Positions 56,936-64,000 of a DNA stretch of 64,000 nucleotides are shown piece by piece (the first letter of the stretch is position 1; every line of letters begins with the position of its first letter). Below the pieces are notes generated by a model that was not told the origin of the DNA, did no database searches, and saw only the letters and a list, made by a program, of their open reading frames with translations. The DNA is from an uncultured Myxococcales bacterium. GTDB lineage: Bacteria; Myxococcota; Kuafuiibacteriia; Kuafuiibacteriales; Kuafuiibacteriaceae. A program made the translations under genes and the position numbers. The stretch covers positions 21,075 to 85,074 of the forward strand of contig CAYYOT010000013.1 of the NCBI GenBank assembly GCA_964473255.1. Direction: 5' to 3'.

Positions 56936-57487
56936 CTAGAGCTCGATTTCGACCGCCAGCGACCGATTGTCGCTGGTGCCCGTCTTCTTCCCCCGCGCCG
57001 TGAGCCGTAGACGAAGGTCACCCCGGTATAAACCCGAATACAAGCCCAGCCGCGGAGGCCCGTACGAGCCAGGAATCGCGAGCCGGAACGGGTCTTTGAT
57101 GTACTCGCCCTCCTGCCAGACGCCGGTTGGGTATTTACCCTTGGCCGGCCAATGGTCCGCGTGCAGTCGCCGGTACTCCCCTTCGAGCGCATCGCCGTGA
57201 ACGAACACTTTGAAGTCGCGCGGCGTCCCCTCCCGAGCCGTCCAGTAGTAGGTCACGGTCACGGTGTCCCCCCGCTTTGGACGCGGGGGGTCGAGGGTGT
57301 AGCCCACGAGCTCGAGCCGATCGTCGAAGACCGCTTCCACCCGCTCGAGGTCCGAGGGCAGCGCTTCGAGAATGTACGTCCCCATGAGTGAGGAGCGGTC
57401 GAAATCAGCTCGACGCTCACGGACCGACTGCGGGTTGGGCATGCAGCCGCTCGCGAGAGCGAGCGCGCACGGGAGCAGACGCTTCAC
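56936..57487 (-). CDS. Uncharacterised lipoprotein with beta-sandwich domain
   Basis: Lipobox ASGC; FDDRLELVGY..VTYYW..KVFVH..W..GEYIKD pattern; GTGA overlap with the OmpA-like gene. Confidence 0.7.
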   Translation of the reverse strand: MKRLLPCALALASGCMPNPQSVRERRADFDRSSLMGTYILEALPSDLERVEAVFDDRLELVGYTLDPPRPKRGDTVTVTYYWTAREGTPRDFKVFVHGDALEGEYRRLHADHWPAKGKYPTGVWQEGEYIKDPFRLAIPGSYGPPRLGLYSGLYRGDLRLRLTARGKKTGTSDNRSLAVEIEL

Positions 57488-58344
57488 CCGGCGGCTGCCT
57501 GCTCCGCGGGCGCATCCGACATCGACTCGGACTCGGTCGTCGGATCGGTGATCCGCGGAAGCAGCATGATCTCGAGGCGTCGGTTCTTCTCCCGACCATC
57601 TTTGGTGCTGTTGTCCGCGATCGGGTCGAACTCCCCGAAGCCCGCCGCCGCGAGCTGGTCCGGATTCACGCCCTGCTTCACCATGAGTTGCACCACGGTG
57701 GTCGCGCGCGCGGTGGAAAGCTCCCAGTTGGACTTGAACGCTCCGCCCCGCTTTACCGGAACGTTGTCGGTATGGCCGGCGATGATGAATTCGCGGTCTC
57801 CCCCGACCTCCTTCAGCACCGCTGCGACTTCGATGAGGGCCTCTCGCCCTCCCTTCTTCAGCCGCTTCGATCCGGACGGAAAAAGGATGTCGTCGGGCAA
57901 CTTCAGCATCATGCGCCCGTCGCGCCGCACGACTTCGAGCTGGCCCGCATCGATCATGGACTGGAAGCGCTCGGTCAGCTTCTTGAACTGTGCCTTTTCC
58001 GCTTCCGCGGCGGCCCGAAGCCTTCGGAGCTGCTCGACCTCGGCCGTGGTCGCTGCGAGCTCGGTCTTGCTGGAGTCCAGCTCCTTTCGGACGTCCTCCA
58101 AGTCGCCGCCCATGCCTTCGACCTTCGCGGCCAAGAGCTCGATCTGGTTGTCGCGCTCGGAGATCGCGTCCTTGTCCTTGGCCTTCTGCTCGTCGCAGGC
58201 CTTCTGCATCTTCGCCATCTCGGCGTTCAGCTCGGCCTTCTGATCGTCCATCATCCGCTTATGGTCGTCTTGTGAAATCTTTCCGCAGGCCGCGATGCCG
58301 AACAACAGCACCGCCGACCCCCGGACTATCCGGTTCACCGTCAT
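57484..58344 (-). CDS. Coiled-coil lipoprotein with OmpA/MotB C-terminal peptidoglycan-binding domain
   Basis: IAAC lipobox; heptad region; ILFPSG, IAGHTDNVP, NWELSTARA, AAGFGEFDP, NRRLEI. Confidence 0.9.
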   Translation of the reverse strand: MTVNRIVRGSAVLLFGIAACGKISQDDHKRMMDDQKAELNAEMAKMQKACDEQKAKDKDAISERDNQIELLAAKVEGMGGDLEDVRKELDSSKTELAATTAEVEQLRRLRAAAEAEKAQFKKLTERFQSMIDAGQLEVVRRDGRMMLKLPDDILFPSGSKRLKKGGREALIEVAAVLKEVGGDREFIIAGHTDNVPVKRGGAFKSNWELSTARATTVVQLMVKQGVNPDQLAAAGFGEFDPIADNSTKDGREKNRRLEIMLLPRITDPTTESESMSDAPAEQAAAG

Positions 58345-58384
58345 GGGATCTGTCTGCCCAGAGTGGAGACCGGAGTAAAGACGG

Positions 58385-60397
58385 CTAGCGTGCAGGTTTC
58401 AGGATTCGGTCGATCGCCGGATCCAAGCCCATCCCGCTACCGATCACGGAATCCAGCGAATCGAGGTCGGTCTGGGCCAGATCGGCTTCCGGCGCGAACA
58501 GCCGATGATGCAGTACGTCTGCGGGGACCGGGTCGGTCTGGTCCCCCGGCCAGGAGATCGTTCGAATGAGTGATCCGGCCCGGTCGCGGAGGACGGCCCC
58601 GCTCGCCGAAAGATCCAGCACGAACCCCCACGAACGCTCGGCGAATCGTGGTGAACCGCCAACCGCGCGCGCCAGCTCTCGGACCGAAGCCGAATCCTCT
58701 ATCCGCACCACCTCTACCGGCAGCGCGAGGCCCAGCCGACGAAAAAGCCCCGGGTCCGTGCCCAACACCTCTGCGAAACGAGCGAGGGCAACTTCATGGT
58801 CCCCCTGCGCTTCGGCGGCCCGGCCTTCGATGATCCGGGCTCTCGCGCCCAAGAGCGCATCTCCTGCGCTCAGTCCCCGACGCGCGGATCGCGCCCTTTC
58901 CTCCGCCCGCGACCAGCGACGGGCCACGAAATGAGCCTCCGCCTCCAGCAGCGCAAATATCGGCTCGGCGAGGTCCGGGGGGAGCGTCTCGTCTTCGCGG
59001 GCGCGGTCGATGGCTGCTTGGGCCACCCCGGAGCCTACGAGTCCGACCACCTCGGGATCGATCCAGACCGGACCCTCGATCGAACCCGGAGCCTCCGGCC
59101 GGAGGGTCAGCACCAGTCGATCCTCCGACGACAGGACCTTGAGGACGCGGCGTCCGCTCTCCCAGGCGCGATAATGCGCCGCGACGGCTCTCGCGCGCAG
59201 CTGTACGGCCTCGAGCCAACCCGCGTAGCTCGCCTGTTCGGTCAGGCGTCGCCCCCGGGTGGTGTGCACGATCATGTCGATGAGCGCCGCGCCGGCCTCG
59301 GACTGCTCGGCGGCCGCGCTCGAGGTTCCTTTGCGGTCCGGTCGGTCGACGATCGTCTTCGTGTACTCGGCGGCGATGTCCGTTCTACCCGCGAGCAGGA
59401 GCACGGCGGAGCCCACCATGGCCGCCTCGGCATCGTCCTGCTGCCGAAGATGTCGCCCGGGTCGGGCGTCGCGGTAGGCGGCCATCCGCCGCCAGGCGGC
59501 CAAAGCGTCGCTGTAGCGAGCCTGCCGCAAATAGAGCTGCACGAGTCGACCCCACGGATTCACGCTGCCTTCCGGATGCCGCCGGGTCGCTTCGCGAAAG
59601 TAGCGCTCCGCCTCGCTGAATCGATGCACCTCCTCGGACGCCGCGCCTGCATTCGTCAGTTCGACGGCACCATCGGTGATCCGGTTGCGATACGGCTCGG
59701 CGGCGGCCACGCAGGCCTCGTACGCTCGCATGCGAAAGTGCTGCTCACTCTCGATGGCGCAGAGGGCGGTTCGAGCAACGACCCGAAAGAACTCGTCCTC
59801 ATGCTGGAGATGCGCCTGCGCGATCGTGCGAGCCTCGGAAAAGCGGCCGAGCTTCATCAGGGGCCAGGCCGCCAGCACCGCATAGTCGAGGTCCGAGCGC
59901 TCGCGCAGGCGCTCGATGGCCTCGAGCTTGCCCACGTGGTCGTCCATCTCCCCGAGCACGTAGACCTGCTCGAGCAGGGTCCTCTGGTACACAAGGAGGG
60001 CCTCGGGTGTGTCCGCGAGCCCCGGACCGAACCTTTCGTCGATCAACGACTCGGCGCGGGACAGATGAAAAAGGGACTTCGGAAGGTTGGCCTCACCAAA
60101 GTGATGGGCCAGCCCCAGCAGATAGTGAGCCCGAAACGAAGTCGGATCGGCGATGAAGGCCCGCTGACCCAAGGTGCGGACCGAGACCCACTCGCCCTGA
60201 CGAGCCCAGCACAAGCCCGATCGTTCGACGACCGTGCCTCCGAACAGCTCGGCCTCCGCACAGTCGGTCTTCAGCTCCGGCATGCCTTCGACGCCTGGGG
60301 GAGAGGGAGGCGAGACCGCGTCCGGAGGACGCGCCAAGGGTTGGGCCGTCGCGGTCGCCGACGCGCCCGCGATGGCCAAGGCCAAGACCCACCTCAC
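58385..60397 (-). CDS. Exported TPR-like helical repeat protein
   Basis: Signal peptide VRWVLALAIAGASATA; TPR-like helices (RAHYLLGLAHHFG..). GTG start overlaps the MoxR stop after AAGGAGG. Confidence 0.75.
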   Translation of the reverse strand: MRWVLALAIAGASATATAQPLARPPDAVSPPSPPGVEGMPELKTDCAEAELFGGTVVERSGLCWARQGEWVSVRTLGQRAFIADPTSFRAHYLLGLAHHFGEANLPKSLFHLSRAESLIDERFGPGLADTPEALLVYQRTLLEQVYVLGEMDDHVGKLEAIERLRERSDLDYAVLAAWPLMKLGRFSEARTIAQAHLQHEDEFFRVVARTALCAIESEQHFRMRAYEACVAAAEPYRNRITDGAVELTNAGAASEEVHRFSEAERYFREATRRHPEGSVNPWGRLVQLYLRQARYSDALAAWRRMAAYRDARPGRHLRQQDDAEAAMVGSAVLLLAGRTDIAAEYTKTIVDRPDRKGTSSAAAEQSEAGAALIDMIVHTTRGRRLTEQASYAGWLEAVQLRARAVAAHYRAWESGRRVLKVLSSEDRLVLTLRPEAPGSIEGPVWIDPEVVGLVGSGVAQAAIDRAREDETLPPDLAEPIFALLEAEAHFVARRWSRAEERARSARRGLSAGDALLGARARIIEGRAAEAQGDHEVALARFAEVLGTDPGLFRRLGLALPVEVVRIEDSASVRELARAVGGSPRFAERSWGFVLDLSASGAVLRDRAGSLIRTISWPGDQTDPVPADVLHHRLFAPEADLAQTDLDSLDSVIGSGMGLDPAIDRILKPAR

Positions 60398-61428
60398 CCG
60401 GCCTCCTTGAGAACGCTCACCGCGACCCGCTCCAAGATCGGCTCCATCGCTTCGCGGATCGTAGCCTCGGCTTCGACCCCGCTCGCCATTTCCACGCGAT
60501 GGGCGAACACGTGGGGCACGACCGCTTCCAGGTCGCTGGCTCTCACGTAGTCCCGGCCGCACAGAGCCGCATGAGCCTGGAGGGCAGGAATCGCCAGGAC
60601 CAGACTACGCGTGCTGACGCCTTGGAGTACCCGCTCGTCCTCGCGAAGCACGCGGGCGCTGTCGACGAGCGCCTGGCGAATCAGGTCGTGCACGTGAACG
60701 CCCTCCTCGATCCGGCGCCGGGCGGCCAAGACTTCGGAGCGGGTCACGCGCGGCTCGTCCGGCTCCGTGCGACGCGCTTTGACCGATCGCAGGACCTCGA
60801 GCTCCGAGTCGCGATCGATGTGGGTCATGCGAATCTTGAAAAGGAACCGATCGAGCTGGGCGACGGGAAGAGGAAACGTGCCCACCAGGTCCAACGGGTT
60901 CTGTGTAGCGATGACGAAGAAGAGCTCGTCTAGGGTGTGGGTCACGTTGTCGACCGTAACCTGCTTCTCCGCCATGCCCTCCAGCAAGGCCGCCTGCACT
61001 TTGGGCGACGTCCGATTGATCTCGTCGGCCAGGAGGACGTGAGCGAAGATCGGCCCCGGTCGGAAGCTGAAAGAGGAGCTCGTCCGGTCGAAGACCGTCG
61101 TTCCCGTAACGTCGGACGGCAGGAGGTCTGGCGTGAACTGAACCCGGCGAAACGCCTCCACGTGGCCCTGCTCTTCCGGCGACCGATCGTCCACGATCGA
61201 CTCGCCGAGCGCCTTGGCCAGCGTCGTCTTGCCCGAACCCGGAAAGTCTTCGAGCAAGACGTGCCCGTCGGCGAGCAGAGCCACGACCACGAGGTCGATG
61301 ATCTCGTCGCGGCCCCGCACGGCGTGGCGCAGGCGACCTCGCAGGCGCTCGATCGCGGATGAAACCTCGGGCAGCTCGGAGACGGGGGATGCGGTCAACA
61401 CGTCGAAATTCTCCTCATCGTAAACCAA
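60394..61428 (-). CDS. MoxR family AAA+ ATPase
   Basis: GHVLLEDFPGSGKT, RVQFTPDLLPSDVTG, LADEINR..PKVQAALLE, ATQNP, LDRF. Confidence 0.95.
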   Translation of the reverse strand: MVYDEENFDVLTASPVSELPEVSSAIERLRGRLRHAVRGRDEIIDLVVVALLADGHVLLEDFPGSGKTTLAKALGESIVDDRSPEEQGHVEAFRRVQFTPDLLPSDVTGTTVFDRTSSSFSFRPGPIFAHVLLADEINRTSPKVQAALLEGMAEKQVTVDNVTHTLDELFFVIATQNPLDLVGTFPLPVAQLDRFLFKIRMTHIDRDSELEVLRSVKARRTEPDEPRVTRSEVLAARRRIEEGVHVHDLIRQALVDSARVLREDERVLQGVSTRSLVLAIPALQAHAALCGRDYVRASDLEAVVPHVFAHRVEMASGVEAEATIREAMEPILERVAVSVLKEAG

Positions 61429-61450
61429 CCTTCATCGGACGACTCACCGT

Positions 61451-63553
61451 TCATCGAGAGCGAGCCCAGCTGATCGGGTCCAGGGCTGCGAGCGTCCGCC
61501 GCCACCATGGCACCGAGCGCCATAGCTCTCCGCCGGCATCTCGGGTCAGGCGAATCAGCCGCGGCGTCGCGGGCCCGGCTTTGCCTCGGCCCAGACGGTC
61601 GACCATCATGGCGTCGGTCAGCGGCCCGAGCGATGGTACCTGGGGGGCCATGCGAGTGGCGAAGCGTTCCCGCGTCTCCCCGACTTCCCGACGAAAGCCC
61701 GCCGACGCCAGCCCGTCGATCACCGATCGGTACGCCCATGCGCTCGCTCGATGGCGAGCGAATCGATACCCGACCGCGCGCACGGTGCGAACGACCAGGG
61801 CCCCGGCGAGCAGCAGGCCGAGCGCCCCCCAGAACCCTCGACGGAGCAGCGGTCGAAGGTCCCACGCCTCGGGCCGGGTGGGCTGGGTGCGACCTTCGGC
61901 GCGAGCCATCTCGCCCAGGAGGCGCTGAACATCGTCTTCCTCGAACGATGCCGGCTCGACTTCCGAGTTCTCGGGCACGACTTCGACAGGCACCCAACCC
62001 ACGCCTTCGAGATACACTTCGGCCCAGGCATGCGCATCGTTGCTGCGAACCAGGACCGCCGACCCCGCACCGCGTCGTTCAGCCATGACGGCGAAGCCTC
62101 CGCTGACCCGCGACGGTATGCCTCGTGACCGAAGCAAGAGCGCCACCGCATGCGCATTGTGGACGCAGTAGCCTCGAAGATCTTCGGAGAAGATGTAGGC
62201 GGCGGTCGGGTCCTTCTCGTCCTGGTATTTGTTGGCGAAGGAGTATGTCGAGTTCTCTTCGAGGTACCTTCGGAACGTGAGCGCTGCCGCCCAGGGGTCG
62301 TCCTGATACTCGGCCGGGAGCTCCTGCACCAGGCGCGTGGACAACTCGAGATATCGCGGGTCGTCGGGCATGGCCGTGTAGTGCGACCAGGTCTCTTCGG
62401 ACCACGCGCGGGAGCCCGGTCTGCGGTCGAGAAACGCTTCGTCCGAGCCTTCCAGTACCTGCGAAACCACCCGGTACATCCGGGCAAAGCGCGCGGGCGA
62501 CGGATTCGCGCGGGCCTCCCAGCGCACGGGGTCCACCAGTCCCAGCGGCCGCTGGAGCGGCGCCAGGAGGGCGACGTCCGTCGCGACCAAAGCCCGCGGT
62601 GCCTCGTCGGGGGGCGGCGCTCCGGACTCGACCGGAGCGGCCCCCGGGTACCGCAGCGACACATCCGCGTCTTCACCGAAGGATGGCGCGAGGCGAACGC
62701 CGTTGAACTGCGAGAAGACTTCCGAGCGCAGATAGTACACCCCCCCGAACGGCTCGAAATCGCGATGAAGCACGACCACGGCCACCGGCCGATTCAGCTT
62801 GGGGTCGTCCCGTCGGCGCGCTTGCTCCTCGATGTCGGAAGGACTCTTCTCGGGCTCCCCGCTGCCTCGTCCTTGTCCCGCGGCAGCGCCCTGCTTCGGG
62901 GGCTCGGGCGACGGGAGCTCGATGTCGCGATGGACCCAGGGCGCGATCAACATGGCCACGAGCACGACGCCGACCAGGGCTACGAGACCTGCGCGTGCCC
63001 GCCCTGGCCGCAGCCATAACCCGGCGACCACCGCCGAGGCACAGACGCCGGCGGCCACGAAGCCCCAGACGGGGTCGAGGCCGCGGGACCAAAACCAATC
63101 CGATAGCTCGAGCGGCCTGGCCACCATGCCCCGACGGTGAGCGGCCAGAGGGGAGGCGAGCGCCGCGCCAACGGCGACCGCCTCCACAACCAGGAGAGGA
63201 CGCCACGCCTGGACGCCGAGCCGAAGCAGCCAGGCGGCGAGACCAAACCCGGCAAACCAGCGCATTCCTTCGACGATCGCCAGCGCCGTTGGCGGACCGA
63301 CCATGCGCCCAACGAAGGCCGCACCCGCAACCCATCCGGCGAACAGCGAGATCACCAGCGCAACCCCGAGCGCGGCCAGGGCCGAGGCGAGCGGCCGAAC
63401 GCGCCATCGCCCCAGCAGGTCCGCGGCCAGAGCGCCGGCGACGGCTCCCATCGCGCCCCAGACGGCGGCGGAAGCGACGGTCAGCGGGGCCGCGAAAAGC
63501 AGCACCGTCACGCCGAGAAGGAGCGCGTGCAGAATGGACCAGGCCAGGTTCAT
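61451..63553 (-). CDS. Membrane protein with transglutaminase-like domain
   Basis: Multiple N-terminal TM helices; GYCVHNA, RGIPSRV..GF, DAHAWAEVYLEGVGWVP. ATG 63553 overlaps the upstream stop. Confidence 0.88.
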   Translation of the reverse strand: MNLAWSILHALLLGVTVLLFAAPLTVASAAVWGAMGAVAGALAADLLGRWRVRPLASALAALGVALVISLFAGWVAGAAFVGRMVGPPTALAIVEGMRWFAGFGLAAWLLRLGVQAWRPLLVVEAVAVGAALASPLAAHRRGMVARPLELSDWFWSRGLDPVWGFVAAGVCASAVVAGLWLRPGRARAGLVALVGVVLVAMLIAPWVHRDIELPSPEPPKQGAAAGQGRGSGEPEKSPSDIEEQARRRDDPKLNRPVAVVVLHRDFEPFGGVYYLRSEVFSQFNGVRLAPSFGEDADVSLRYPGAAPVESGAPPPDEAPRALVATDVALLAPLQRPLGLVDPVRWEARANPSPARFARMYRVVSQVLEGSDEAFLDRRPGSRAWSEETWSHYTAMPDDPRYLELSTRLVQELPAEYQDDPWAAALTFRRYLEENSTYSFANKYQDEKDPTAAYIFSEDLRGYCVHNAHAVALLLRSRGIPSRVSGGFAVMAERRGAGSAVLVRSNDAHAWAEVYLEGVGWVPVEVVPENSEVEPASFEEDDVQRLLGEMARAEGRTQPTRPEAWDLRPLLRRGFWGALGLLLAGALVVRTVRAVGYRFARHRASAWAYRSVIDGLASAGFRREVGETRERFATRMAPQVPSLGPLTDAMMVDRLGRGKAGPATPRLIRLTRDAGGELWRSVPWWRRTLAALDPISWARSR

Positions 63554-64000
63554 GCCGCCGCGACTCCGGGCAAGGGTCGAACGCTGCCGGCCAGGACCTT
63601 TCCGTCGGTTCGCCGGAGCGCGACGACGCCGCTGCCCTTGCGCCGAAAGGCGTCGATGACCCCCTGGAGTTCGGCGGGCTCCACCACGATCCGCCGTCCG
63701 GGATCGGGGTCTTCGCGGCGCCACCATGAACGGCCGGACACGGCCGACGCCCGGACATCATCCACGCCGATGACCACGGAAAAGTCAGGTCCAGCTTCCC
63801 GCGCACAGCTCTCCAGCCAGGGGCCAGGTCGCCCGGGCACGAAAAGGATCACGTGCAGGGGACCGGTCTTCTCGAGCTCGCGTAGAAAGACGGCCAACCC
63901 GGCCGCCGAGCGGTCCCGATGGGCAGCGCTCCTCAAAATGGCCTGTCGCGCTTGGTCGACATCGGCCGTCGGCTCCGCGCCATCCGCGCCAAAGATCCAG
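63550..64000 (-). CDS. 3' part of a gene running off the window, probably DUF58/vWA-like partner of the MoxR operon
   Basis: Open frame from the window end to TGA at 63550; LHVILFVPG..FSVVIGVDDV; DUF58 identity inferred from context only. Confidence 0.5.
   Translation of the reverse strand, partial: WIFGADGAEPTADVDQARQAILRSAAHRDRSAAGLAVFLRELEKTGPLHVILFVPGRPGPWLESCAREAGPDFSVVIGVDDVRASAVSGRSWWRREDPDPGRRIVVEPAELQGVIDAFRRKGSGVVALRRTDGKVLAGSVRPLPGVAAA

Noticed and set aside
57484-58344. Flagellar stator motB
   Set aside because: Lipoprotein signal instead of the MotB TM helix with the conserved Asp; no motA or flagellar genes adjacent.

Overview
GC-rich (about 68-70%) chromosomal window, most likely from a myxobacterium (Myxococcota). 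This is inferred from the Ser/Thr kinase, FHA, zinc-ribbon-GYF-TPR and OmpA-lipoprotein gene content. The left arm (1-15.2 kb) is housekeeping: lysS, ettA, recR-ebfC-dnaX, SRP RNA, tRNA-Ser, tadA, 2-oxoacid dehydrogenase E1/E2 and a stand-alone rpsD. The right arm (46-64 kb) holds tRNA-Arg, PspA, a large TPR protein, tRNA-Thr, an acyl-CoA dehydrogenase and a MoxR/transglutaminase operon. Between them is a roughly 31 kb accessory block ending at the 3' end of tRNA-Arg(ACG), with no integrase visible. Its two most interesting contents are (1) a lower-GC, translationally coupled three-gene operon (DUF559-type nuclease, winged-helix-like protein, AAA+HerA double ATPase) that looks like an uncharacterised defence or DNA-processing system, and (2) a complete mycosporine-like amino acid (sunscreen) cluster, mysABCD, flanked by a TauD-type dioxygenase and a HAD protein lacking its catalytic Asp. 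The block also carries a lipoprotein beta-propeller/vanadium haloperoxidase fusion, a CxxCH-protein/lipoprotein/Tat-protein operon, a Csp1 copper storage protein, and three genes with visible frame-breaking lesions (a 14-bp duplication, a roughly 10-bp deletion and a 1-bp deletion). Family assignments come from motif recognition by eye; no database searches were run.
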